53,612 nucleotides of DNA. Origin: Reclinomonas americana ATCC 50394 (lineage: Eukaryota). The notes under the pieces are model-generated. The model saw only the letters and a list, made by a program, of their open reading frames with translations, had not been told where the DNA came from and ran no database searches. The translations under genes and the position numbers were made by a program. Location: assembly GCA_048213135.1 (NCBI GenBank), contig PS015120.1:1-53612 (forward strand), in the 5' to 3' direction. This document shows, piece by piece, positions 23,599-36,830 of this stretch. Numbering within the stretch: position 1 is the stretch's first letter; every line of letters begins with the position of its first letter.

Positions 23599-24739
23599 TC
23601 ACTGCTCAGGCATGACAACTTCGAGGGGCAACAATGGCACCGCGAGGTCGGCCACATCGTTCCACGTCTTGCTCATGACGAGGCGGATGCGACTGGCCAC
23701 GTCGAGTCGTCCCCACTCGTCGTTGCCGAGGTTGGTGGCGCGCGTACGCGATCGCAAGGCAGTCAACGGAGGAACTTCGTCATCGTCTGTTGCAGCTGCT
23801 GCTGCGGCGGCCACGGCAGCAGGAGGAAGCTCCATCTCGAAGCGCTCGCGCTTGAGCAGGGTGCCGAATAGCAGGTGCGGCGGCTGCTCGGCCAGCGTGA
23901 CGCCGTGCAGCTCGCGCAAGGCCTTGATCACGCCACCGAGCGACATGCCGTGCAGCTGCCGCTGTGACATGAGAGTGTGCGCCAGCGCATTGACACCGTT
24001 GCGGAAGCAGTCGTGCTCGCGTCGCCAGGCCACCGCCAGGTACGCCTCCTCCTCCGAGTCGACGCCAAAGGCACGCCCGTCGAAATGCGCCCAGCCGACC
24101 TTGCTGTCGTAAAACGCGCGTTCTTCGTCGGTGGTGGGCGCGCCGAGCGCCAGCGCCAGGTGGTGGTTGAAGCGGGCGCTGGCAAAGCCGGCCATCACCG
24201 AGGAGATCTTTTGCGGGCGACCGCGGAACATGTGCGTGTTGGGCGGAGCGGAGGCGCTGGAGGCGGGCACGGGGGGCGCAAAGACGAGCGTGATCTCGTC
24301 GCTCTGTGTGTACACGGTGGTCGGCGAGAACTTGCTCAGCAGGTCGGCGGCCGTGTTGAACATGGTCGTCTGCAGGCGCTTGTCGCACGGCTTGCGGAAG
24401 CCGCGCGTGAAGACACTGAAGCAGTGCCCGTCGAGCCTGCGTTGCATTGCATGTCACTCAACTGTGACATGGCAATCGAGGCAGCGCACGTACCGCACAA
24501 CGTAGGGTCGTGTGGAGTCGAGCGGAGTGCCCTCGCTGCTGGCCTCGAGGGCCTTGATCTGCACGCCACAAATGTGAGTGAGTGGGTGGGAGCAGGGAGA
24601 TGTTTGTCAAGCTCATACATACATGATTGCCAACGGCCTCGGCATCGCGCATCGGCAACAGCGAGGTCACTGCAGAGACGGGACCACTTGCATCGACAGC
24701 ACTACCGCTGCCGCTGGCGACCGACGACCCTTCGCTCAT
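23599..24739 (-). CDS. Thg1-like protein (TLP), tRNA-His guanylyltransferase family 3'-5' polymerase
   Basis: Spliced VGNH|IKALE...RPYVVR|LDGHCFSVFTRGFRKPCD, YTQSDEITLVF, FRGRPQKISSVMAGFASARFN, FDGRAF, WRREHDCFRNGV; catalytic D (RLDG) and SDE intact. The start could be the downstream ATG near 24652. Confidence 0.93.
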
Positions 24740-24811
24740 CGAAACAAGAACAAAAGCAAAACAAGACTGCAGCAGGACAGCTGCGGGAAGGGGTGGGAGG
24801 GGTGGGAGTAT

Positions 24812-26066
24812 TCACTTGCTCATATCTTCTCCGCTTTTCCGCCGCCCACAGGCCTCGCACGTCCACTCGCACGGCTCATCGACGCTTGACGGCTCACCAG
24901 CAATGACGTGGCGGGGCACAAAGCGGCCGCAACATCCGTCGACGTGGCACAACTGTGATGCAAGCATCGCGTTCGCACCGCTCACGTCGCGCCCACTCGT
25001 CTCCAACTGGCACCTCGGACACGCGCACTCGAAGAAGAACCACCGGCTCAGCAGCTCGCGTCGCGCAGCGCCAGCATCGTCGTCGGTGCTCGGCGCCAGG
25101 CCGACGTATGATATGCAGGCCTCCTCGCCACGCCTAAGTGGGGCAGTCGCGTAGAATACCAGCTCGGCGTTCCGGTAGTAGTGGCCCACGTTGGGGCAGC
25201 TGTACGTGTTCGTGAGTGTCACAAAACCAAACACCAAGCGACAGCGATGGCTGCTGCAGCAGCACCCACCATGCATGGTTGAAATAGACGGCCTCCGGAA
25301 CCATAGCCGTGGCGTACGACTGCCGCGGCACGCGGTGACCCTCGTGCGTGAACGTGTAGAAGCCAAACGAGTTGCACTCCTCGCGACAGATGAGCTCCAT
25401 GAGCCCCCCCTCGTCCAGCCTGTCGTCGCCCACCAGCGCAACATCGGAAAATCTTCGCAGCACCGGCAACATGACCGTGCTCAGCTCGTGCCGCCGCTCC
25501 CCCGTAAACTTGTCACTATTCGACACCAGCTGCGCCACCGTACGCTCAAACTCATCGCGATCGCCATGCCGACGCGTCAACACTCGCATCAGCAGCCGCG
25601 TAAACTCAGTCTCATCGGCACACAACGTCTGCTCATCCGGCATCGCCTGTAGCCACTGCACAACGAACTCGCATTCCACACCATGAAACGCCTCCCAGTC
25701 AGCCTGTGCACACTCATCGCTGCAGTACACCACGTTGCCGCATGCTGCTCTGGACACAATCACTCGACATTGCCCAACAAGAAATCGAACACACCAGTGA
25801 CAGACCTTGTCGACACGGCACTGGCGATGCACCACCGCCCTGCAAGTGACTCAAGCAGTGCGCACACACACGCGATGCACGCAGACGCGCATCGACCACT
25901 GCTGCGTATGGTCGTGGACAACGCAAAAGCACTTGCCCAGGACACACATCGCTCTACGCGCGCGCACACGAGTCAGCAAGGGAAGTATGACAGCAAACAC
26001 TGCACACACACTCACCGTGGCAACATAGGAGCGACCACGATCAGGCAGCGACTCGATCGCCAACAT
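24812..26066 (-). CDS. SMYD-family SET + MYND lysine methyltransferase
   Basis: RGRSYVAT (SET-N), VCAHC...CRQACGNVVYCSDECAQADWEAFHGVEC (MYND), CNSFGF, YFNHACCPNV, GEEACISYV, FFFECACPRC (post-SET), plus a C-terminal CxxxxC...CxxC pair. Confidence 0.9.
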
Positions 26067-26163
26067 GTTTGTAATCGCGAGCAAGCAGCTCTCTTCGTTC
26101 TTTGATTCTATCACTCACGCGCGAGGCTGTCCTCGGTCGCTCCTCCCACCGGCCCTTGCTGTG

Positions 26164-29100
26164 ATGCGGGCCTCACCATCGGAGGACGAGGGAGGAGGAG
26201 GAGGAGGAGGAAACGAGTCTCCTCCTCCATTAGTCGCGCCTCCTTCTCTTGTGGATCTTCATCATCAACGTGACGAGGAAGCACCACTCATTGTCGACGG
26301 TGTGCCTGTGAGCAGCGCAGTGGAGTTGGAAAGCGTTGCGTGTGATGAGCCAGGCGAGAGAGACAGAGAGAGTAAAGAGCGATGTCGTCGTGTCTGAAAT
26401 ACTCTCTGTTCGTGTAGCTGGTCGGTGAGGAGCTGGAGAATGAGATTCTTGGCATGTGCGTTGCTGTGCCGGGTCGCCCGGGCGTGTACGCGTTCAGTCT
26501 GGCGGGTACGCACGTTGGGGGATCGCCTACACAGTATACTGTATGTCTCCTCTGTGCTGATCGTCATTGGCAGATTCTGGTGCTGGCGACGATGAGTTCG
26601 CGTTTGTGATGCAGGTGCTGATCAAGCATCGTGTGGCGTTGCAGGAGTTTGCCATGCCTCGTTGCGTTGTTTTCACAGTGAGTCAGTTCACGCGCAGCGT
26701 TGATTGTTGACGGTTTTTTGAACACAGGCAACGCGCTGACCGATGTCTGTGTTGAGATGCTGGCGGAGGCCGTGAATGGTGGCGGGATATGTGTGGAGTA
26801 TGTGAATTTGGCGAGTTGAGTGGTGGCGATGGTCCGTGCTGCGCGCTGGCCTGCTGCTTCCTTAATTGTTCGAGTGCAGACAATCGGATTACGGATGGTG
26901 GGTTCGAGAAGCTGTTGGAGATCTGCAAGCAGCATGGGTTCCCGCAGATGCTTGACATGGGTGGTGAGTTGTCCATGATGAGTAGGGGGAGACGGATCGT
27001 GACTGAGAACGTGAATCGTGCGACGCATTAGGCAATAGTATTTCCGATCGGTCGACGCTCTCGCTCAGTCGCGCGCTGCCCAACACCAAGCTGCAGTACC
27101 TGTGTCTGGCTGGTTTGGCGCACCCGTCCGTGTTTCCATTCGTGATTGCCGATGCTTATCGCAGTGTACGCGTGCGCAGGATGTGCCTTTGGCGAAGTCG
27201 GCGCTGCGCTTCTCGGTGATGCGCTGTCGGGCTCCAGCACGCTGACGGAGCTGGACATGACTGGTGGGTGGGGGAAGGGGGAAGGGGGCGAAGGGGGGAA
27301 GGGGGGAGGGGGGAGGGAAGGACAAGAAAGCGTCGAAATGAGGCAAGAAGGGGAACGCACATACAACGGAAGAGAAAGGGAAAGGGAGAGAGGAAGACAG
27401 AGGACAGGAGAAGGAGGAACAAGTGCCAGAGAGAACGGAGGGGGGTTAGAATGCAATGACACGAAAAGCGACAGAGAGAGAGAGAGAGAAAGTCAGTACC
27501 AGAGAGAACAAGCAAGCTTCGTGTAAAGAAGGAGAGATAAGGAGAAGGGCATGTGGCAAAGAGAACGAGTAAGTGCCGAGACAGCAAAGAAGCGTTGAAG
27601 GGAAGCAAAAAGGAAGGTACAACAACGAGAGTAGAGAGGGGGCGGAGACAATCAAGGACTACTGTGGAGAGAGTTCAAGAGAGAGTGGAATGGAGGGATA
27701 GAGGAATACGTGATCGAGAGGCAAGCAAGCGTCGAAAGGAGGCAAGAAGGGGACGACACAACAACGAGAGGGAGAGGGAGGAGACAGTGACAGAGTGACA
27801 AGCGTTGTGAGACAGTGACAGAGTGACAAGCGTCGGAGGAGGTAACAGCGAGAAAACTGCAACAGAGAGAGAGAGAGAGAGAGGAAGACAGTGACAGAGG
27901 CAAGCAAGCGTCGGGGAAGGCAGGAATGCAAGGCGCAACAGCGCGCGCGAGAGAGAGGCAGAGGGAGTGACTGGGAAACGAGTAAGCGACACAAGATCAG
28001 GAAGGCACAACAGCGACACAGAGAGAGAGGAAGATGTAGGTGACAGTGACAGGTAGACAAGCAAGCGACGCAAGAAGAAGGAAACACAACAGCGAGAGAA
28101 CAGAATAGGGCTTAGGACACTGGTGCATCCTCTCAACACAAGTACCCCTTTGCCACGAAAAGGTCGTAGCGTTGGTATTACTCTGTCCTCACGCCACACG
28201 TGATTGATGTGACACAGGTGCTCTTCGTGATGGAGCCACTGCGGCCGTGCTGCTGCGTTCGCTGTCCACCAACACCTCACTCACATCCCTCCATTTGTCT
28301 GGTTTGTTCGTCACGCACACGCACGCTCGCTGTCCGTGTCTCACGCTTTTGGTGTCTGATCTCTGCCCGTAGATAACCCACTTGGTGTGAGTGGTTCGGA
28401 TGCGCTGGCTGCCCTGCTCGACAACACGGCGACTCTAGGGTGGCTAGACATTCAATGTTGCGTTCTGCTTGTTTTGTCGCCAACGCTGCCGTGGCACACA
28501 CGATGCTAATGGCTTCGACGCGCTTCTATCACCAGCTTGCAGCATTCCGATCGCGCGTGCGCCGCACGTGGCCCGCTCCCTGCTGGACAACAAGACGCTA
28601 ATGCACGTCAACTACGACTCGAACACCGCTCTGACGGTGTCACTCTCGAAAGACAAGTTTGCCAAGCACTTGCGACGCAACATTCGACGCCGTCGGCAAG
28701 GTCAGTGGCCTTCATTCTGTTGTACGTTCCCGTCCCCCTATTTCTCACGCCTTCACTGCCGCTGCAGAGTTGGCACGCGCCGCCGGTGGTTCTGTGGAGA
28801 ACGCCATGGTGTCGGATCGCAGTGGTGGCTCGGGCACCGGCTCCGCCGAACTGGCCTCCCTCGTTCTTCCACCTTGGTCACAAGAGGGACTGGAGAGCGG
28901 TGGTGGCACCGGCGCCGATACGGAAACACTCACTCTCATGTCGCAAAACGAGGCACCGTCTCTGATCGGCAGCTGCTCGTCCATTCCGAGTCCTCTCGAG
29001 CTTACACCGCGTGACGCGATTGACTCCGTGCCGTCGCCGTGGGATGTGATCGACGAACCCGTGGTTGACGAACCGAGTTTGCCACCCACTGCAATGTCTG

Positions 29101-30588
29101 TGGGGGCATCGCCACGTGACCACGACGATGTTGGTGCAGTCGAACCCGTAATTGGAGATGGTACGTGCACAATGGTCGTCGAAGTTCCTCAGATGCATAC
29201 ATCTGACGAGGTTGCGTCCGTGTGCAGAAGATGTGCGTCCACTGCTCAGACCACTGTCACCGACGACGGATGACAACGTGCCATGCAATGCCACTGCTGC
29301 TTCGCTGCCGGTCAGTCCACGCTGGATGTCAGCTGTTGATGGTTCGGTAACCCATGCTACCCGACGTGACACCATGCCTCGTGTCACTCATTCGCGACTT
29401 GCAGAGCCCGAGGGCATGGAGATCGTTGAAGTGCATCTGCGGCCGTGGTCGGAACCAAGTGACGCAGGCGGCTTCGACCATCCCACAGTGGCACCATCGG
29501 CGCACTCGCATTCTCCTCGGTCGGATATGTTCACTGAGCACGATGATCCCGCTCCCATTGATATCGCTCTGCAACTGCATCACGTGGACGACAAGGCTGC
29601 TGAGGAGGTGCACCAGGTCGCGGCAGTTGTTGATGAGCCACAAGGTGCGCCGCCATTGGAGACAGTCGCCGCAGTGCTTCCCGTGGAAGAGGTGGACGAG
29701 TACGCCGCGGATGCGGACTTTGTGAAAGAGGAGGAGGAGGAGGGCGAGGGCGAGGGTGAGGTGGAGATCGATGAGTACGCCGATGATGACTGGTGCGATG
29801 AGGATGAAATGGTGTTGCCGGCTGCCGACGGTGTGTGCTCTGTTGCATGTCGTTGCGTGTGTCATCTGTTTGTCTAACCCGGTGGTCTGATGGACACGCA
29901 GCGGTCGCACTCTCCCTCGATAATGGACCCGAGCCGCAGCCACTCGCATCGCCGCTTCCGGCCAACGGCTCGAAGCAGGTCCACAGAAGGCGCGCAGTCA
30001 TGGACGCGGCGCCGGCGAGTCCGCGGGGCGTCGAAGTGCAGCCACCGTCGCTGCCTCTGCCGCCGTCTTTAGTATTCACCACAGGTATGTATGTGTGTTT
30101 GTAAGAGAGAGAGAGAGAGAGGGAGAAGGGGAATAGGACCAGGAAGAGACAAGATGAATCGAGAGTGCGTTGGTCACTCTATGCTCACCCCTTCAAACGC
30201 AACCAGCGACTGCTGCCGCTCCTGCTCCCGGCACGACTGGCGCCACCGTTCCTGGTCAGTTGATTATGTGGTCTTTGTGGCCGGCAGCAGTCACCCTTGC
30301 TCACTCCATGACTCTTCTAGTTGTGCTGAGCAACCGAGGGCACGTGGCGTCCTCATTTGTCGATGCTGTCCGCGGCTCCGCTTCCTTGATTGATCCCGCA
30401 ATCGCCAGTGGCGACAGTGGCCCAACTGTCTTTGTGCCGGCCTCAGGAGTCAGACCACTACTTGTACCCCCCCTCGACCTGGAGCAGCCCGTTGCAGTCG
30501 ATGTGCATCGCGACCTCGCGACTCCGGCTGTGTCGCGAAAGCGCGCACCTCGCCCGCTATCGCCTCCACGCTCGCCGCGACTCGCATT
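26164..30588 (+). CDS. RNI-like leucine-rich-repeat protein with long disordered C-terminal region; 3' end runs into a gap
   Basis: Exons of about one LRR each: DNRITDGGFEKLLEIC...MLDMG, GNSISDRSTLSLSRALPNTKLQYLCLAG, CAFGEVGAALLGDALSGSSTLTELDMT, DNPLGVSGSDALAALLDNTATLGWLDIQ, ...VARSLLDNKTLMHVNY. Start uncertain. Confidence 0.75.
27264..28110 (+). repeat. Purine-rich low-complexity intron sequence with degenerate tandem repeats
   Basis: G/A-rich tract; unit gagacagtgacagagtgacaagcgt occurs at 27781 and 27809, with diverged copies near 27885 and 28040. Confidence 0.85.
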
Positions 30589-31585
30589 NNNNNNNNNNNN
30601 NNNNNNNNNNNNNNNNNNNNNNNNNNNNNNNNNNNNNNNNNNNNNNNNNNNNNNNNNNNNNNNNNNNNNNNNNNNNNNNNNNNNNNNNNNNNNNNNNNNN
30701 NNNNNNNNNNNNNNNNNNNNNNNNNNNNNNNNNNNNNNNNNNNNNNNNNNNNNNNNNNNNNNNNNNNNNNNNNNNNNNNNNNNNNNNNNNNNNNNNNNNN
30801 NNNNNNNNNNNNNNNNNNNNNNNNNNNNNNNNNNNNNNNNNNNNNNNNNNNNNNNNNNNNNNNNNNNNNNNNNNNNNNNNNNNNNNNNNNNNNNNNNNNN
30901 NNNNNNNNNNNNNNNNNNNNNNNNNNNNNNNNNNNNNNNNNNNNNNNNNNNNNNNNNNNNNNNNNNNNNNNNNNNNNNNNNNNNNNNNNNNNNNNNNNNN
31001 NNNNNNNNNNNNNNNNNNNNNNNNNNNNNNNNNNNNNNNNNNNNNNNNNNNNNNNNNNNNNNNNNNNNNNNNNTGCATGCATATGTGTTGCGGTACGCAT
31101 GCCCAAAATGCCAAATTGGCAATCACGACCCCGCAGCGTGGGAATCTTCACAGTCGACTGACCCTGGGGGAAGCGATGCGTGCTGCAGGCGGCGTTGGTT
31201 CTCACGTGCAGTGCACATGTGCGCACTTGTGCTTTTTAATTCTTGCGTATGCTCGACAAACATGGTGGCTGTCGCTTGTGCGCGCAGGTAGTTGCGCTGC
31301 GCCTGGACACACTTGCGTGTCCGTACAGCATGCAGCCACGCCGCAGGCGGTACACAGCACATCATGTACTGCGCCGATGGGAAAGGAGCACTGAATTACA
31401 ATGCCAATGCGTTAATCGAACTCCAACCACGGATCCGACTCTCCCCCCACCACGGCCCCTCCTCTGCAATCGTGCGCCAGCGGTGCACTCGCGCGCGCGC
31501 GCGCTGAGCACACCTACACAGTGCGTTGATTACCTCCATTTTTCATTCAAGCACCTCCCGGCACCGCGCGCAACAAAAATCGAGA

Positions 31586-34500
31586 TCATATGATATCGCC
31601 GAGATTGCAGCTGCGGTCACGCTGCGCGCAGAGAAGAGCGGGGAGCACACGTAAGAGGCAGGGTGAAACACACTCACACGAGCACAGCAAACAAACGACC
31701 ACAAACCCTCTCCAGATCGCGTATTACTCGCTCCAGGAAGACAATGATATCGGCAAACGAGGGTCTCAGGTCCGGATCGCGTTGCAGGCACTCGACAAGC
31801 AGTTGTCGTATGCCCGGGTGGTGGAACACCGCAACATCGTACGCCGGTATCTGTACGACTACGTGAGGCACTCTGTGTGGACGCACGTGTGCGACAGTGA
31901 CGAGCGACCACCACACCTCCAACTGCAAGTCATCACCGCGCTCCGCCATCTCCATCACTAATGCCACAGGATCGCGGCCATCGAATGGTCGTTTGTGGGT
32001 CACCAGCTCCCACACCACTGCGCGATGGTAAGCAAAGGGGTCGTGGAACATGTTGTACCCCAAAAAAAGGCGACAACTAGCAACAAATGAAATCGACGAA
32101 GACTGCCAGAGAACGCGACCTCTGACTCTCTCTCTCTCTCCTTCCCATTTTCAACCACTCACCAACACCATAGCTGTAGACNNNNNNNNNNNNNNNNNNN
32201 NNNNNNNNNNNNNNNNNNNNNNNNNNNNNNNNNNNNNNNNNNNNNNNNNNNNNNNNNNNNNNNNNNNNNNNNNNNNNNNNNNNNNNNNNNNNNNNNNNNN
32301 NNNNNNNNNNNNNNNNNNNNNNNACGCCTTGCCCTCAGTCTCTTTCTCACTCACTCTCTCTCTCTCTCTCTTCCTGTCATTCCTGTCGTTCCTTCTTCCC
32401 CTCTCTCACGCAACTCCCTTTCCCTTTCGCCCTCCCTCTTCCTTCCCACTCACTTTCCCCTTTCCCCACTCCCTCTCCTCCTCCTCACCAGCACATTCGC
32501 ACTCTTCAAATCCCGATGCAAGATCGGCGGCACATGCGAATGCAAGTAGTGCAACGCGCGTGCCGACTGCAACGCGATCTTGAAGAAGGCACGGCGGTCA
32601 ATCAGATGCGCATTGCTGTCGTCCGGGTCCAACAGCTCAAACAGACTCCCGCTTTTTCGTGCAAACAAACCAAGTGAGTGAGTGGAAATACTGCCGGCTC
32701 ACTGTGTGCGACTGACTGACCGACTGAGGAACTCGGTGATGATGGCCGGGTATCGCGAGTCCTCGCAAATGCCGAGAATCATGAGAATGTTGGGGTGTCG
32801 CAGCGAGCTGTATGTGGAAGACGCGGAAACAACATGAGTGCATATTCCTTCTGAAACGAGGCCGGCCGGGCACGCAACGCCATTATCTTCATCTCGCCCA
32901 CAAACTCCCGCAGCGCTCTCTCACGCTCTGCAGCCTGCACTGGCAGGTAGATCTTCTTGACAGCCACTGCGCGCGGAGCGGAGTGAGTGTGGCCGCCAAA
33001 AACAAATCATCGCAGCAGATTCGTCTCTCGGTATTACCTTCCAGCCCGTTCCACCGTGCCAGATACACATCACCGTAGGAGCCAGTGCCGATCTGGCGGT
33101 CGATCTCCAGCTGCCGCATGGGAATGGAGCGCACGGCAAAGGGCGCCACTCGATTGCCGGGCGAGCGATTCAGCAACGCGCTGTATCTACACGCGCGCAC
33201 GAGACGGACGGAGGACGGCGGTCAAACAACAATCTCGTTTCCCGTCAGAGAGAGACAGGCAGCGCAACTTTTCATCTTGCGGGTCCATATAGTCGTCGGC
33301 CCACGATCTGACCTGCGGCGAGGCTGGGACTGCGGCGGCGGCGCCGGCGGCGGCAGAGGCGGACACGTCGACCGCCATCTCCCGTTGCTTGGCGGCTTTG
33401 CGGGCCGCCACCCGCTCGCCCAGCGCGGCGGCCGCCGCCAGTTGTGGGTGGCGAGGTGACATGGGCTCCGCGCTGCTGCTGTCCATCAGCACGGCCGCCG
33501 CTCGAGGCTGCATGTGCGCGTCAGAAGGAAGCGTGAAGACAAAAAGAGAAGTTAAGTGGCTGGCACTCACCGACATGGGCGAGCCAGGCACCGAGAGGAA
33601 CGACACGTTGGTCGGCGTCGTCGACAGCACATCCTCGGCGCCACCACCATCGCCAGTCACCGATGCGACCATGCCAGTCGTGCCCATGGCCCCGAATGTG
33701 CTCTGGCGAAAACACCACCAGTCAGGCACACTTGTACAAAGGAGAGACAGTGAGTGGGAGATGAAGACGCAACTCCACTCGAGTGGCCACTGAGCAGCGG
33801 CTGCTTTTCGCTCAGCAGCCGAGTGCCGTCGGTGGCAGTGCTGGTCGCCGAGCTGCCGGCCATCGCTGCCGCATCGCCGTCGCTGGCAGCGTCTCGGTAC
33901 AGACTCTTGCTCTCGTGCAGATCCTCAATGGCACCGACGTCGGCCAGGAACACAAAGTACGTGATGAACGGGAAGAGCAGGTAGTGAATCGGCAGAGCGA
34001 CCATCCACAGACTGCACACAGCACGTGCGATGAGCTGGATGCAACACACGTACGCGGTCAACATAAGAGCGCAGGCGCACCAGAATCCCCAGTCCGCCTC
34101 ATACATCGTGGTCAGGTCGCCGGCAGTGAAGAACAGGTACACCGTGGCCGTCCAGAACGACGCAATTACATACATCACCGAAATCAGTGGCTTGTCGTCT
34201 GGCACCTTTGGTACGGCTCTCCGGTGCGCCACCGGGACGACGTGCACCGAGCGGCCCTCGCCGACACCGGCCACCACCGGGTCGTCGAACGGCTCCTGCA
34301 GCATCGTCACCGACGGCGGGAGACTTTCGTCCGCATTCACCGACCGGTACACCGCCGCGGCAACTACGTCCACACACAGAGACACACGGACGGTGGTCGG
34401 CAAACCCAGAACAGCAAAGAATATACGAAAAGGCAAAAGATAGCATGTGCGGAACTTGATGAGGAGGAGTGCGTACTGGACGGAAGCGATGCGAAGCGCA

Positions 34501-36830
34501 ACATACCCGCGCGCTGTCGCTTTCGCAGCACAAGCAGCACCAGACCGTTGACGTAGTGCGCCACACAGATGAAACCATCAAACAGGATCCACCACGACAC
34601 CGCCGACCGATTGCCCAGCCAGTGTAACCTCAGCAGCGTGAACAGCACCGCTGTGCAGGAAGAGAAGTGTCAACAACGAGGAGGCGATGCACGGAGGAAG
34701 GGCGTCGCACGCAACTGCCGGCACACACGGCGGCGCACGAAGCCACCACAAAGAAGCGCGTGTACGGCCGTGGCACCGACCAGTGATGCACCAGCACCAG
34801 CCACACAAACAGCATCGTAAATGTCTCGCCACCACAGTCGACCACCGCGCGCACAATCTGCCCGCCGAGGTTCTCCGACGACAGAAACATGTTGCGCACA
34901 AAGTCCGCCGTGAAGATGATGAACAGAACAAAGAAGAAGAGGTGGTGCGCCGGCTGCAGAATCGTGTGTCGTATCCTCAGCAGCGTCAGTTTGCTGCGAG
35001 ATGAAATGAGGACAACTCGCTGAAGTAGCGGCGACAAAGGAAGACGAGCTGCCTTACTCCCTCCGCGCACTCGCTCACTCGCAACATGGGTCGCTCATTG
35101 GCTCACTCTTCCTCTTTCTTCAACTCTCCTTCACTCGTCGCTTGGCTCCTGCACTCACTCCACTCACTTCCTCGTTCTTTCACTCACTCACCAACTGCCA
35201 ACATCGCTGCTGCACCCAGCCTCCTTCAACTCGCTCTTCTCTCTCCCTCATCTCAGTGCTCCTTCGCTCCTTCCGCTCACTCACTCTCTCGCTGCCAAGC
35301 TCATGCACTTGCTCATTCTTCCGTTTGCCCCTTGCTATTCCTCCGTTCTTCGACTCACTCTTCTCTCTCACTCACTCCGTCTCTCGTTCGTTCACTCGCT
35401 CGCTGCCACAGTCGCCGCGTAAGTCGCCGGCCTATGTCGCTCACTCACTACCTGAGTCGCTCACTCTCCTTTGCTCCTGCACTCCCTACACTCAGTCACT
35501 CTCTCGTTCTCTCGCTCACTCTCTCGCTACCAAAGTCGCCCACTTGTTCACTCTTCCCTTGACTCTTCTCTCTCCTTCACTCTTCCTTTTCGCTCTTGCA
35601 TTCCCTGCACTCTCGTTCTCTCACTCACTCGCTGCCAAGGTCGCTCACTCACTCATTCTTCCCTTTGCCCCTTTTTCCTCCGTCTTTCATGTCACTCATC
35701 TCCTCGCTCCTTCTCTCGCTCCAGCATTCCCTGCGNNNNNNNNNNNNNNNNNNNNNNNNNNNNNNNNNNNNNNNNNNNNNNNNNNNNNNNNNNNNNNNNN
35801 NNNNNNNNNNNNNNNNNNNNNNNNNNNNNNNNNNNNNNNNNNNNNNNNNNNNNNNNNNNNNNNNNNNNNNNNNNNNNNNNNNNNNNNNNNNNNNNNNNNN
35901 NNNNNNNNNNNNNNNNNNNNCTCTCGTTCTCTCACTCACTCGCTGCCTAAGTCGTCACTTAGACTGCTTTAAGCGCCACTTAGTCGCTCACTTGCACCAC
36001 GCTTTCTCTCCCCTTTCGCTCCTGCACTCCCTCCCTAACTCTCTCTCTCTCTCTCGTTCTCTCGCTCATTCACCGCCAAAGTCGCTCACTTGCTCATGCC
36101 TCCCTTTGCCCCTTGCAAGTCCTCAGTCCTCCATGTCACTCTTCTCTCTCCTTTCTCATCTCTCTCTCTCTCTTCCCTCCCCTCTTCTCCCCCCTCTCCC
36201 CCTCCCACTCCCTCCCTCCCTCCCTCTCCCTCTTTGCGCCCCCACTCACCGATAGTTGCGATTGATGGAGATGAGGACGACGACGACGGAGATGAGCATG
36301 AGCGACGAGTTGAGAAAGACAAAGAGCGGTGCATTGAGCCAATTGACGCGATGCAGAAACGCCGATCCACATGCGCCACACGGAATCGTGTAGTTGGCCG
36401 AGGGCGGAATGTCGTCAGAGCCCGCACAGGAGGGGTACTCGGGCCGGTACTCGTGTAACATGTGGTGTGCGAGAAAGAAAGAGAGAGGGTGGGGGTCGGT
36501 GCAACTCACACTCTCTTCCTCTCTCTTCTCTCACTCTGTCACACACGCACACAATCAAGTTTAACACAGAGAGACACGCGCGCGCGTGCGGGTGACGATG
36601 AAGGTGAGGACGGGAGCATGAATTTTTCACCCACCGGGTACGTATACGGGGTACGGTCGACCAGAAAAAGAAGGGGACGGGGTTCTTCCCAGCAGCCCCA
36701 GCTGGGGTACAGCTGTACCCCAAGTTCGCGGTCGAAGTCGACGTCGACACAACGTCAGCAAACAAGTCGATTGTTGAGAGTTCGGCACACGCTCCTCCGA
36801 TCCGGATCCCTGGCGTCGGGAGCGCTGCAC
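31586..36830 (-). CDS. Seven-transmembrane (TPRA1/GPR175/Cand2-like) receptor fused to a TKL-group protein kinase, multi-exon, interrupted by gaps
   Basis: Kinase: IGTGSYGDVYLARWNG|VAVKKI, FVGEMKIMASLRHPNIL, GSLFELL, LHYLHSHVPPILHRDLKSANVL, VVWELVTHKRPF, CLQRDPDLRPSF (DFG/APE region falls in gap 32182-32323). Upstream exons (33930-36350) encode seven hydrophobic helices ending GFCLWMVALPIHYLLFPFITYFVFLAD. Confidence 0.82.
35065..36245 (-). repeat. Long intron of degenerate tandem repeats (CT-rich on +, GA-rich on the sense strand)
   Basis: Recurrent unit like ctctcgttctctcactcactcgctgccaag.tcgctcact at about 35500, 35610, 35921 and 36050. Confidence 0.85.

Noticed and set aside
27781-28070. 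Spaced repeats superficially like a CRISPR array
   Set aside because: Degenerate, irregularly spaced, intronic, eukaryotic context, no cas genes.
31074-31545. Possible terminal exons of the LRR gene after the gap
   Set aside because: Frame and linkage cannot be established across the gap.
31590-31961. Plausible-looking + strand 123-aa ORF
   Set aside because: It is the antisense shadow of the kinase C-lobe exons.
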